Under the pieces are notes generated by a model. That model searched no databases, was not told where the DNA came from, and saw nothing but the letters and a program-made list of their open reading frames with translations. The position numbers were made by a program, and so were the translations under genes. Shown piece by piece: positions 19,368 to 29,497 of a DNA stretch of 64,000 nucleotides. The DNA comes from a virus, in the IMG/VR virus record IMGVR_UViG_3300037502_002729, positions 32,001 to 96,000 of that record. One strand, given 5' to 3'. Each line of letters starts with the position of its first letter. Position 1 is the first letter of the stretch.

Positions 19368-21380
19368 TCAATTGACCCCCTTTTTAATTATAACATTTTC
19401 ATCTTCAACAACCAAATTGTAAGGTTCATTTTCTTTAATGAAGCCATTTAAAACCTCATCAGATATTAAATCCTCAATCTTATCTTGGATTGCTCTCTTA
19501 ATTGGCCTTGCACCATAAGTTTCATCAAATCCAACTTTGCTAATTAAATCAATAATAGATGAATCAAAGGAAACAATGTAATTAGATTCTGTTAATCTTG
19601 TAATTAGTTTGTTAAGTTCAATTTCAGTTATCTTTTTAACATTCTCATCATTCAATGTATTGAATACAATGGTATCATCAATACGGTTCAAGAATTCAGG
19701 TGAAAAGAACTTTTTCAATTCTTTCATTAGCATTTCTTTTTTAGCAACTTCATTGCCATATTTGGATGATGTGAAACTAATTCCAGTTCCAAAGTCTTGG
19801 AATTTTTTAATACCCAAGTTTGTTGTTAAAATGATGATTGTATTTTTGAAATTAATAGTTTTACCTAAACTATCTGTTAGATGACCTTCATCCAATATCT
19901 GCAATAACAAATTAAAAACATCCTTGTGGGCTTTTTCAATCTCATCAAATAAGATAATTGAATATGGGTTATTCTTAACTTTTTCAGTTAGTTGACCACC
20001 TTCATCATGACCAACATAGCCTGGAGGTGAACCTATTAATCTTGATATGGTGTGTTTTTCTTGGTATTCACTCATATCAACCCTAATCAATGATTTCTCA
20101 TTTCCAAATAATTGTTTGGCTAATTGCTTTGCTAAATGTGTTTTACCAACTCCTGTGGATCCTAAGAATATGAAACTACCTACTGGTCTATTTGGGTCTT
20201 TAATGTTAAGCCTATTTCTTTTAATAGACCTTGTAATAGATTCAACAGCAGCATCTTGACCAATAAGGTTTTCTTTAATTTTCTTATCTAAATTTATTAA
20301 TTTTTGTTTTTCATCTATGTTCATTTGTTCTAGTGGAATATTTGTCATAATAGAAACCACAGAATAAACATCCTCAATATCAATCTTTCTCTTATTCTTT
20401 AAATTATTTTCTTCAAACTTTTTTGTTTCAGAATCAAGTTTTGTCAATAACTTCAATTCTTTATCTCTAATTTCAGCAGCCAATTCATATTCTTGGTTGA
20501 TAACAACTCTTGTTTTTTCTTTCTTCAAATCATTAATCTTTTCTTTTAATATTTGAATTGATTCTGGTATCTTGACATCAACTTGGAGTTTTGCACCAAC
20601 TTCATCAATAATATCAAAAGCCTTATCAGGGAATGCTCTATCATTAATATATCTATCAGCCATCTTAACACATAATTCTATAACATCATCACTATATGAT
20701 GCCTTATGGAAGGATTCATATTTGTCAATAGATTGTTTAACAATTTTTATTGTTTCACTTATTGAAGGTTGTTCAAGTTTGATTTTTTGAAATCTTCTTG
20801 CTAATGCACCATCTTTTTCTATTGATTTTTTGAATTCATCAAATGTGGTTGCACCAATACATTGAATTTCCCCAGATGCCAATGCTGGTTTAAATATGTT
20901 TGCACCATCCATAGCATTAGATGAATTACCAGATCCAATTAATGTGTGTATTTCATCAATGAATATAATAACATTTGGGTTTGCAATTAACTCATCAAGA
21001 ATTACCTTCATCCTTTCCTCAAACTGACCCCTATATTTGGTACCAGCAACAACAGATGTTAAATCTAAATTTACAATTCTTTTGTTTAGTAGATTTTGAG
21101 GTCCTTCACCTTTTGAAATCATTAAGGCAACGCCCTCAATCAAGTTTGTTTTACCACAACCAGCATCACCAAGAATTAATGGATTGTTTTTCTTGCGTCT
21201 TGATAAGACTTGAGCCAATCTCTTAACTTCTTTTTCCCTACCAATTGACATATCTAGTTTCCCCATTTCAGCCAATTTGGTTAAATCTCTACTAAAATTG
21301 TCCAATACTGGAGTTTTTGAACCAGAGGTGTTTTTCTTACCTCTTGTTGTTTTTTCATCATCAAAATAGTCAACATTCAT
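19368..21380 (-). CDS. clpC: ClpC-type AAA+ chaperone lacking the N-terminal Clp repeat domain
   Basis: GDAGCGKT/FIDEIH, UVR-like QEYELAAEIRD, GSTGVGKT, RVDMSEY, RLIGSPPGYVG, GISF loop, GARPIKR. Confidence 0.9.
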   Translation of the reverse strand: MNVDYFDDEKTTRGKKNTSGSKTPVLDNFSRDLTKLAEMGKLDMSIGREKEVKRLAQVLSRRKKNNPLILGDAGCGKTNLIEGVALMISKGEGPQNLLNKRIVNLDLTSVVAGTKYRGQFEERMKVILDELIANPNVIIFIDEIHTLIGSGNSSNAMDGANIFKPALASGEIQCIGATTFDEFKKSIEKDGALARRFQKIKLEQPSISETIKIVKQSIDKYESFHKASYSDDVIELCVKMADRYINDRAFPDKAFDIIDEVGAKLQVDVKIPESIQILKEKINDLKKEKTRVVINQEYELAAEIRDKELKLLTKLDSETKKFEENNLKNKRKIDIEDVYSVVSIMTNIPLEQMNIDEKQKLINLDKKIKENLIGQDAAVESITRSIKRNRLNIKDPNRPVGSFIFLGSTGVGKTHLAKQLAKQLFGNEKSLIRVDMSEYQEKHTISRLIGSPPGYVGHDEGGQLTEKVKNNPYSIILFDEIEKAHKDVFNLLLQILDEGHLTDSLGKTINFKNTIIILTTNLGIKKFQDFGTGISFTSSKYGNEVAKKEMLMKELKKFFSPEFLNRIDDTIVFNTLNDENVKKITEIELNKLITRLTESNYIVSFDSSIIDLISKVGFDETYGARPIKRAIQDKIEDLISDEVLNGFIKENEPYNLVVEDENVIIKKGVN

Positions 21381-21434
21381 ATCTTATGTTTTTTTTATAA
21401 ATATCATACAAATTTTGGACTAATCCAATAGTTT

Positions 21435-21537
21435 TGACAAATTGTCAGGAAAATAATATATTATATGACATTTTGGCATATAATGACACCTATAACTGAC
21501 GTTTTGTCATATAAAAATAATTTGGCATTAAATTTGA
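21435..21537. promoter_or_regulatory. Three phased TGAC-N5-GTCA palindromes plus sigma54-like element between divergent clpC and hsp20
   Basis: TGACAAATTGTCA 21435, TGACATTTTGGCA 21466, TGACGTTTTGTCA 21497; TGGCATTAAATTTGA 21523-21537. Confidence 0.6.
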
Positions 21538-21579
21538 CTTCCTCATAAAAAAAATAAACAATTATAAAAAAACAAAATT

Positions 21580-22011
21580 ATGAAAAACAAAGATTATTTA
21601 GCAGAGTTATTATTTGGATCATTTAGTCCATTTATTATTTCATCAAACTCACCTTACAACCCTTTTAGTTCATTAGACCAAAACATTTCATCACAATCAA
21701 CCCAAAGTCATAGTATTTTTGGTGATGAGTATGATATTGAAACAACAAAAGATGGGGCATATGTTTCCTTTGAAGTTCCAGGTTATACAAAAGACAATTT
21801 AGAAATTGTTTTAGAAAACAAGGAAATAAATATAATTGGAAAAAGGACATATAACAAGAAGGGGGATACCAAAACAATAAAACACAGGTTTAAGTTGGGT
21901 AATTACCAAATTAATGAGGCTAACATTGAGGCAACAGTTTCAAATGGAATTTTAACATTATTTTTACCAAATTATGTTGAAACAGGTAAAAAAACAATAT
22001 CCATTTCATAA
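21580..22011 (+). CDS. Small heat-shock protein (Hsp20/alpha-crystallin)
   Basis: FEVPGY.K..LEI...IEATVSNGILTLFLP. Confidence 0.88.
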   Translation: MKNKDYLAELLFGSFSPFIISSNSPYNPFSSLDQNISSQSTQSHSIFGDEYDIETTKDGAYVSFEVPGYTKDNLEIVLENKEINIIGKRTYNKKGDTKTIKHRFKLGNYQINEANIEATVSNGILTLFLPNYVETGKKTISIS

Positions 22012-22038
22012 ATGCTATATATTTATATTAAAAAAAAT

Positions 22039-22503
22039 ATGAAAAATTTCATTCCCCTACTTATACTATTCTTAATGTTCTCATGTGAGAAGGATGTAAT
22101 TACATTACAACAAGTTGTGTTAAATAAAAAAATAAATGCTGTTGAGTTGTCAATTGATTCTACAATAAAATATTCTAGTCTAAATGAAGATTGGTTTTCA
22201 ATTGCCTCAAATGCAACTCATAGAATTTCAACTAAATTTTATCATAATGATAGTTTGGGCAATATAACAAACTTAACATCTATGATTATAGATAGTAATT
22301 ATGTTGTTAAATATCAGTTAGATTCTTTATCAAAAAGCAAGATTACTATTTTGGATAAGAATAAAGAGGGGAATGATTTAGGTTTACTTTTTAATATAAA
22401 GACAACAACACCTGAATTTGGTTTTGTGTATGTTAAAGTCTATAACAAAAATTGTGATTCTATTTTCCATTACAAATATCCTTTTATTGTTTCTACACCT
22501 TAA
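22039..22503 (+). CDS. Putative lipoprotein
   Basis: MKNFIPLLILFLMFS-C-EKD lipobox; start 22039 after TATTTATA 22020-22027. Confidence 0.7.
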   Translation: MKNFIPLLILFLMFSCEKDVITLQQVVLNKKINAVELSIDSTIKYSSLNEDWFSIASNATHRISTKFYHNDSLGNITNLTSMIIDSNYVVKYQLDSLSKSKITILDKNKEGNDLGLLFNIKTTTPEFGFVYVKVYNKNCDSIFHYKYPFIVSTP

Positions 22504-22592
22504 ATTAGACTAATTATTTTTACTAAGTCTCCAAAATATTTTATATATTTTTGGAGGCTTTTTTTATTTTATATATTTATATAAAAAAAACT

Positions 22593-22835
22593 ATGGCAAT
22601 CACAAAAGAAATTATAAGTGGCACAAAAATCATTAATGAAATAAAATCTAGTAATGTCAAAAAGACTGAATACAATTTAGAAACAAAGAAATTGCTAGTA
22701 GAATTCAATAATGGAATTAAATATGAATATGATGATGTCCCACACAAAATATACACACAATTTAGAATGGCAGAATCCCAAGGCAAATTCTTTAGTTCAA
22801 ATATTGCAAAAAGTTATAAATACACAAAGAAATAA
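22593..22835 (+). CDS. KTSC domain protein
   Basis: SSNV...Y......L.VEF.NG..YEY..VP..IY..F..AESQGKFF..NI. Confidence 0.88.
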   Translation: MAITKEIISGTKIINEIKSSNVKKTEYNLETKKLLVEFNNGIKYEYDDVPHKIYTQFRMAESQGKFFSSNIAKSYKYTKK

Positions 22836-22837
22836 GA

Positions 22838-23581
22838 ATGGAAAATAATATATTAAAAAGTTTTGTTGTTAAAGATACATTGAATCCAAAAGTTTGGGAT
22901 CATCCCAATGATATAAAAAAGGCAAAAATAAAACCAGAAATCAAAAAAGGTTTATTGGATATTGCAAATGAATTTATTGAATTTTTGGATGAGGATGTTT
23001 TTGTTGAAGATATAATATTAACTGGTTCCCTATCCAATTATAATTGGTCAGAATATTCTGATTTTGATTTGCATATAATTATTGATTTGAATCAATTTGA
23101 GGATGAAGGTGAGATTTATTTAAAATTATTTTCAGCAAAGAAATTAATTTTTAATGATAAACATAATTTAACAATCAAAGGTTATGATGTGGAAGTTTAT
23201 CCTCAAGATGAAAAAGAAGAACACACAGCAGAAGGTCAATACTCATTAATGAATGAGGAATGGTTGGTTGTGCCAAAAAAAGAAAAGCCCCCAGTTAATA
23301 AAACAAAATTAAAATTAAAAATAAACCATTGGGTTGAATTTGTTAAGAAGACATTAAAAGATGCAGATGAGGCATCATTAAAAGTTTCAAAAACAAAAAT
23401 AAAAAAATTAACAGATAAATTAAGAAAGTTTAGGAAAGGTGGTTTGGAGAAGGGAGGGGAATTCTCAAATGAAAATTTAGTTTATAAATATTTAAGAAGA
23501 AGTGGCCTATTAGATAAGGTGTTTAATTATCAATATAAGAAAAGAACAAAGGAACTATCTATTGAGAATGAAATTTATTAA
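22838..23581 (+). CDS. Pol-beta superfamily nucleotidyltransferase
   Basis: LTGSLSNYNWSEYSDFDLH and VEVY motifs. Confidence 0.8.
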   Translation: MENNILKSFVVKDTLNPKVWDHPNDIKKAKIKPEIKKGLLDIANEFIEFLDEDVFVEDIILTGSLSNYNWSEYSDFDLHIIIDLNQFEDEGEIYLKLFSAKKLIFNDKHNLTIKGYDVEVYPQDEKEEHTAEGQYSLMNEEWLVVPKKEKPPVNKTKLKLKINHWVEFVKKTLKDADEASLKVSKTKIKKLTDKLRKFRKGGLEKGGEFSNENLVYKYLRRSGLLDKVFNYQYKKRTKELSIENEIY

Positions 23582-23644
23582 ATTTTATTTTTTGCATATT
23601 AATATTTGACATTATAGATATATTTATATATAAATAAAAATAAA

Positions 23645-23839
23645 ATGGCAGTAGTTAGTGCAAATACTTTTTATGAATACACCAAAGGTATGTTGGGTTT
23701 TTTTGATGGAAGTCCTATAACTGGGACAACACAAGTACCACATCCACAAGCAGTTGTTATAAATACAACAGGTGGGACTGATACAGTTATTGAATTGTCA
23801 GCAGTTGCATTAGGTGGAATAAATGGCTTAAATAATTAA
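23645..23839 (+). CDS. Small putative virion protein
   Basis: 64 aa, Gly/Thr-rich; TATTTATA at 23621-23628. Confidence 0.6.
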   Translation: MAVVSANTFYEYTKGMLGFFDGSPITGTTQVPHPQAVVINTTGGTDTVIELSAVALGGINGLNN

Positions 23840-23852
23840 AAAAATATAAAAA

Positions 23853-25151
23853 ATGAGTAGATTAAAACCAATAGGTAGTGAAAAACTACAAGGTGATGCA
23901 AAGTTAAATAGAATGTTAGAGATTGCTATGTACAAGGAAGTTGATAAAGAAAATATCAATGAAACTAGTTCAAAAGAATATGACATTCAATTGATGGATG
24001 GTAATATATATGCAGTTGTCAAGGAAAAATTGGGCTATATAATTAAAAAAGGCATAAATGAATCTTCATTAGATTATATTGACCCAATTAGGAATAGAAA
24101 ATATTATAGATCATATTCTCAAGCATTTAAAAAATTAAATTTAATAACAAAAGAACTAAATGAGTTATATGATAACCCAAATGGTATATCATTGTTTGGT
24201 GAGCAAAAGAAATTTACATTAAAAACGCCAAAACCAGCTCAACCAGATAATGAAATGGGTGATATGCCTGCACCACCACCAGAACCACCTGCTGTGCCAA
24301 GTCCAGAATTACCCCCATCCCCATTGGAAGGTGGTGAAGGTCAAATGCCACCACCTGCTGAACCAGGTATGGAAGGTGAAATGCCAGATATGGAAGGTAT
24401 GGATGATGAAATGCCAGATATGGAAGGTATAGATGGTGATATGCCAGATATGGAAGATGAACCAATAGATTCAAAACAAGACAAGGGTGATGAGGAAGTT
24501 ACATTTAAAACAATCCAAAAACTAACAGGAAGATTAACACAAAAGATTAGAACTTTGGAAAATGAGGAAGGTTTAACATCTGAAGAAGTTAAGTATGTTA
24601 TTAATATGGTTATATCCTCATTAAATATTGACATTCTTGATGAAGAAGATATTGATGATATTATTTCAAAATTTGAAGGAGGTGGAGAAGAAGGTGATAT
24701 GGATAATGAATTACCTGATATGGAAGGGATAGATGACACAGAGGGAATGCCTGATATTGAGGGTATGGATGATATGGGTGGTGAAATGCCAGATATGGAA
24801 GGTATGCCTGATATGGAAGGAATGCCACAACAAGGGGGTGAAGAATATACACCAAAAAAGAGGTATAGTGAGTCTAAGATTGATAATATTATTTCAAAAT
24901 ATTTTGAATTAAGCCCTCAAGAAAAATTAATATCTGAACAAAAGAAAAGAAAATTAGAAAAATCATTAAATGAAAATTTAAAATCAATTAAAATTTTATC
25001 TGAAACAGAAAAACAATATTCTGCTGCAAATAATTTCTTAAATAAGTTTAAAAGATTTGAAGTTATAGGTAAGACTAACTTGGGTAATATTATGTTGAAA
25101 CTAAATGAAAACACTATAAAAATAACAAAAAAAGGACAAATCATAAAATGA
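23853..25151 (+). CDS. Putative head-associated protein with acidic Pro/Met low-complexity repeats
   Basis: Multiple MPDMEG units, PPPP tracts, several I/L-x-E sites. Confidence 0.65.
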   Translation: MSRLKPIGSEKLQGDAKLNRMLEIAMYKEVDKENINETSSKEYDIQLMDGNIYAVVKEKLGYIIKKGINESSLDYIDPIRNRKYYRSYSQAFKKLNLITKELNELYDNPNGISLFGEQKKFTLKTPKPAQPDNEMGDMPAPPPEPPAVPSPELPPSPLEGGEGQMPPPAEPGMEGEMPDMEGMDDEMPDMEGIDGDMPDMEDEPIDSKQDKGDEEVTFKTIQKLTGRLTQKIRTLENEEGLTSEEVKYVINMVISSLNIDILDEEDIDDIISKFEGGGEEGDMDNELPDMEGIDDTEGMPDIEGMDDMGGEMPDMEGMPDMEGMPQQGGEEYTPKKRYSESKIDNIISKYFELSPQEKLISEQKKRKLEKSLNENLKSIKILSETEKQYSAANNFLNKFKRFEVIGKTNLGNIMLKLNENTIKITKKGQIIK

Positions 25152-25540
25152 ATAGATTAGTTTTTATAAATTCTCTTGGTGTTAATTATAAAGGTGATTT
25201 TTTGTATGAATTTATCTTTTCATCTTCTGATTCAGTTTGGGGTGAAAACTGGGAGGCAAAACCATCAAATGGTTATCCAAAACCACCAGAATTAAAATAT
25301 ATTAAAAAAGTTGGACAATTATTATCAGAAGATGTATCATTGTATTTGATACAGAACTCTGATTATTTTTCTATGATTGATTCTGTTGATGGTGTTATAG
25401 CATTAGGATGGGAAGTTAATGAAGATGTCAAAAATAGATTGGTATTTAAGTTTGGGGAAACTGAACAAGAAATAAAAAATAAACTCTATGAAAGAGATTT
25501 AGTTTTGGAATTTGAAAAAACCATAGTATATGAAAATTAA
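25148..25540 (+). CDS. Hypothetical protein
   Basis: 130 aa, overlaps neighbours in late operon. Confidence 0.7.
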   Translation: MNRLVFINSLGVNYKGDFLYEFIFSSSDSVWGENWEAKPSNGYPKPPELKYIKKVGQLLSEDVSLYLIQNSDYFSMIDSVDGVIALGWEVNEDVKNRLVFKFGETEQEIKNKLYERDLVLEFEKTIVYEN

Positions 25541-26309
25541 TAAAAAAGTATTAACCTTATTGGAGGAGGGTTTTTCTATAAACACTTTAAAAGGTATGAG
25601 TGATAATAATATAAATTATTTATACTCAAAGTTGTTAGGTGAGCAATCAACCACAACAAAAGGAAGCATCTCAACTAAAAATGAACCAAAGGCTATGCAA
25701 TTAGCAGCCAAAGGTTATAATGTTAGATTAGAGAAAAGAGAAATGGGTGAGGCTAAAAAGTCTAAAGCCAATCCTTGGGCTATTTGCACAGCACAATTAA
25801 AGAAAGAATTTGGCACATCTGAAAGAAGTGAGTGGACAAAAGCACAAAAAAACAAATATGAAAGATGTGTTATGGATGTTAAGGGTAATTCAAAAAAAGA
25901 TATGAAGGAATCAAATATGATTGATTCTTTTATTGAAGACCAAATGAATAAAATGGTTGAATCAAAATTAAGACCACAAGTTACAAAGAGAGGTTTGTTA
26001 AATCATTTAAAAGAACAAGCCCCTGACACAAAGCCAGTTGTAAAACCAGCTAATCCAAAAATAAAACCATCAAGGAGAGATAACCCATTCCAAAACCCAC
26101 GCCCAGGTGTAAAAACTGTTCCAAAAGCAGATACTACAACAAAGCCAGTTGTAAAACCAGCTGATCCAAAAATAAAACCATCAAGGAGAGATAACCCATT
26201 TCAAAACCCACGCCCAGGTGTAAAAACTGTCCCAAAGGCAATATCACCAGATAAAGCAAAAAATGCTATTATTGATAACATCATGCAATTAATAAATTTT
26301 GAAGGATAA
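25530..26309 (+). CDS. Hypothetical basic protein with 37-aa tandem duplication
   Basis: NPWAIC...YERC motif; two TKPVVKPA.PKIKPSRRDNPFQNPRPGVKTVPKA copies. Confidence 0.7.
   Translation: MKINKKVLTLLEEGFSINTLKGMSDNNINYLYSKLLGEQSTTTKGSISTKNEPKAMQLAAKGYNVRLEKREMGEAKKSKANPWAICTAQLKKEFGTSERSEWTKAQKNKYERCVMDVKGNSKKDMKESNMIDSFIEDQMNKMVESKLRPQVTKRGLLNHLKEQAPDTKPVVKPANPKIKPSRRDNPFQNPRPGVKTVPKADTTTKPVVKPADPKIKPSRRDNPFQNPRPGVKTVPKAISPDKAKNAIIDNIMQLINFEG
26028..26240 (+). repeat. 111-bp-period direct repeat (2 copies)
   Basis: Copies start at 26028 and 26139, near-identical. Confidence 0.9.
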
Positions 26310-27655
26310 TGAAGAACATAGACAAACTAATCAACAAAAAATTAAGAGAACAATTAGAATACACTGGTCCTGAACGCATGGATCCTAGATTGGAGAAAAA
26401 ACTTGCAGACCCAAATTCTATGTTTGGACAAAACCCCGCCTTAAAGAGGGGGGCATTAGATGTTCAAAAACTATATAGCCGTTCATTTAATGATGTATTA
26501 AATAGGGTTAGAAGAATTGCAGGTAAAGAAACTTTAACAGCAAATGAATTAGTTTCAATTGTAACATCAAGAGTATATCAGAATGCTGCTGCAATTCAAC
26601 AATTAGAATCTAGGTATAGTGATGAACTAGTTGAACTAGCAATTAGTGAAACATTAAATGAAATGGAAGTTAGTGATGATGAGTTTATCATTAATGCTAC
26701 TTTAGGAATGCCAGGCAATGATGTTGTTGGTAAAATGAGAAAAGAAAAAGATAAAATTAAACAAGAATTATCACCAGAAGAAGAAGAAGAATTATCAAAT
26801 GAAGTTTTCAAAAGGGATATTATCAATGCTATCATTGGTGGGGTTGCAAGGAAAACTCATTACATATATGAGAAGCCAGAGGTTAAAGCACAATTAGATG
26901 CAATTAACCCAAAATTATACCAACTATACTCAACAACAGTTCCTTTAATTGATGCATTATATTTCTTGAATGAAGGTATGATGGATATGGCAGCAAAAGG
27001 TGGTGGAGTTTCAGCTGCTGTTGATGTTGATGATGAAGAAGATCCAGAAACTGGTGAAACAAAGACTGTAATCAATGCAACAGCATTTATGTTTCCAATA
27101 TTATGTCATGAAATTGCAAAGGGGATTGAAGAGGCATTAGCAAAGCATGGTTATCCTAGTGATGATAATATGGCTAATATGACATTAGGTCAAGCAGACA
27201 CATTAAAATCAGAAACAGAAGGTTTAAGAATTGGTCCAGCCATTTTGGAAAAAATAAGAAATATTTTACCTACCGAATTATTTGATAAATCAGATATTGG
27301 TTTGATTAGGTTTTTCTTTGTTGAGTTATATAAAACACCAGCAGATGAATTTATTAATTTAATGAAATATGTAATATCAGATACACCATCTGACCAAGAC
27401 TATGCAAAAAGAGAATTTGATGGATTAATTGAACAAGCTAAAGTTAGTAAAGAGAGATATCTTGATTACTTACAAAGCCAATATATGGATGATATGGATA
27501 TAGATGATGAAGATGCTTATGATGGTAGTGGATTTGCTCCTAATCAAGCACCAGATGATTATACTGGTGGTAAGCAAACAAATTTTGACCCCTCAGATTT
27601 TGAGGACATATCACTTGATGAGTTATTGAAAGATTTAAATATTAGAAGAAATTAA
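26309..27655 (+). CDS. Hypothetical protein upstream of terminase
   Basis: 448 aa; contains LCHEIAKG (incomplete zincin-like motif); acidic C-term. Confidence 0.7.
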   Translation: MKNIDKLINKKLREQLEYTGPERMDPRLEKKLADPNSMFGQNPALKRGALDVQKLYSRSFNDVLNRVRRIAGKETLTANELVSIVTSRVYQNAAAIQQLESRYSDELVELAISETLNEMEVSDDEFIINATLGMPGNDVVGKMRKEKDKIKQELSPEEEEELSNEVFKRDIINAIIGGVARKTHYIYEKPEVKAQLDAINPKLYQLYSTTVPLIDALYFLNEGMMDMAAKGGGVSAAVDVDDEEDPETGETKTVINATAFMFPILCHEIAKGIEEALAKHGYPSDDNMANMTLGQADTLKSETEGLRIGPAILEKIRNILPTELFDKSDIGLIRFFFVELYKTPADEFINLMKYVISDTPSDQDYAKREFDGLIEQAKVSKERYLDYLQSQYMDDMDIDDEDAYDGSGFAPNQAPDDYTGGKQTNFDPSDFEDISLDELLKDLNIRRN

Positions 27656-27669
27656 TAAAAAAAATATTT

Positions 27670-27704
27670 AAAACCCCAATCTTTAATTAGGTTGGGGTTT
27701 TTTT
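27670..27704 (+). terminator. Intrinsic terminator
   Basis: AAAACCCCAAT-loop-GTTGGGGTTTTTTT. Confidence 0.8.
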
Positions 27705-27734
27705 ATTTTGTGTGTATTTATAAAAAAAGAGAAT

Positions 27735-29486
27735 ATGACAAGAGACCAAGTATTAATTGAATCTGCTAAATGCATAAAAAGTACACCATACTGTTTAAAG
27801 ACTTATTTGCAGACATATGATAATACTGTAAAAAAATATGTTCCATTAGATTTATTTCCAGACCAGATTAAACTAATTGAGGATTTTGATACATATAATG
27901 AAAATATAGCACTAAAATATAGACAAGCAGGTGTGTCAACAGTAACTGCTGCTTGGATATCAAAAAGGTTGGCATTTGCAAATAGAAATAAACCTGAGAA
28001 AATATTGATTATTGCAAATAAATTGGATACTGCTGTGGAAATGGCAAATAAAGTTAGGCATTTTACAGAACAATGGCCAAATTGGGTTGGTATTGGATTT
28101 TCATCAGAAAAAAACTCTGCAAGGCATTTTAAATTGAATAATGATTGTGAGGTTAAGGCAGTAGCAACATCAAAAGACGCATTAAGGGGTTATACCCCCA
28201 CCACATTAATATTTGATGAGGCAGCATATATTGATGCTGATCCTGACTTCTGGGCAGCATCTATGGCATCCCTATCAACAGGTGGTAAAGTTGTTGTGAT
28301 ATCAACACCTAATGGATATGACCCAATATATTATGAGATATATGATCAAGCATTGCGTAATGTTAATGATTTTAAAATCACAGAAATGGTTTGGTATAGA
28401 GATCCAAGATATACCAAAGATTTGTATATGGTGAAAACAAAAGATATGATTCATTATCTTTTGAATAAAGAAGAGTATAGCAAAGATGATATAATTGATT
28501 TATCACATGAGAGTTCTTATGATAGAGACCATCAGAGAGTTATTGAATATATTGAAGAAGGTTATAAGCCATGTTCATCTTGGTATGAAGGAATGGTTAA
28601 AAAACTTAAATATGATAAGAGAAAAGTATCACAAGAGATTGAGAGTAATTTCTTGGGGTCAGGGGATAATGTATTTGATTCTGAATTATTAATGAATATA
28701 TCAAAAAACTATTTGGCAAATCCAATATCAAAATTGATGGGAAATAGTTTATGGATGTTTAAAGAACCAGAAAATGGTCATAGGTATGTTGCAGGTGTTG
28801 ATGTATCAAGAGGAGATTCAGAAGATTTTTCTGTAATTCAAATAATTGATTTTGATGCTCAAGAACAAGTTTTGGAATATGTTGGCAAAATACCTCCGGA
28901 TATATTGGCTGAAGTTGTTTATAAATGGTGTTCATTATATAAGGCATTTGTTGTTGTTGATTTAACAGGCGGAATGGGTGTGGCAACATCTAGGAAACTA
29001 CAAGAAATGAATTATCCAAGTTTATATTATGATAATATTGATTCAGGAAATAAATGGAAATATGACCCAAAAATAAATGAAAGAATACCAGGAATAAATT
29101 TTAATAATAAAAGAGTTCAAATGATTGCTTCATATGAGGAAGCTCTAAGACATAACTTTAAGATTTATTCAAATAGACTATACAATGAAATGAATACGTT
29201 TATATATATAAATGGAAGACCAGATCACCAAAAAGGACATCATGATGATTGTATTATGGCAATTGCTATGGCAACATTTGTTGCTGAAAAATCATTCCAG
29301 AATTTGGAAAAAGTAACAAACCATACAAAAGCAATGATTAATTCTTGGAGTACTTTTACAAACACATACACAGAACAATCTTTATTTTTTAACCCAATGA
29401 TTCCAAGTAGTGGACCTAGAAAAATAAAAAATGAACCAAATGTAAATGATTATCAAAAATATAATTGGCTATTTGGTGTTAGATAA
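27735..29486 (+). CDS. terL: Terminase large subunit (T4 gp17-like)
   Basis: KYRQAGVST, LIFDEAA, ISTPNG, AGVDVSRG, HDDCIMA; start 27735 after TATTTATA 27715-27722. Confidence 0.93.
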   Translation: MTRDQVLIESAKCIKSTPYCLKTYLQTYDNTVKKYVPLDLFPDQIKLIEDFDTYNENIALKYRQAGVSTVTAAWISKRLAFANRNKPEKILIIANKLDTAVEMANKVRHFTEQWPNWVGIGFSSEKNSARHFKLNNDCEVKAVATSKDALRGYTPTTLIFDEAAYIDADPDFWAASMASLSTGGKVVVISTPNGYDPIYYEIYDQALRNVNDFKITEMVWYRDPRYTKDLYMVKTKDMIHYLLNKEEYSKDDIIDLSHESSYDRDHQRVIEYIEEGYKPCSSWYEGMVKKLKYDKRKVSQEIESNFLGSGDNVFDSELLMNISKNYLANPISKLMGNSLWMFKEPENGHRYVAGVDVSRGDSEDFSVIQIIDFDAQEQVLEYVGKIPPDILAEVVYKWCSLYKAFVVVDLTGGMGVATSRKLQEMNYPSLYYDNIDSGNKWKYDPKINERIPGINFNNKRVQMIASYEEALRHNFKIYSNRLYNEMNTFIYINGRPDHQKGHHDDCIMAIAMATFVAEKSFQNLEKVTNHTKAMINSWSTFTNTYTEQSLFFNPMIPSSGPRKIKNEPNVNDYQKYNWLFGVR

Positions 29487-29497
29487 ATTAAAATATT

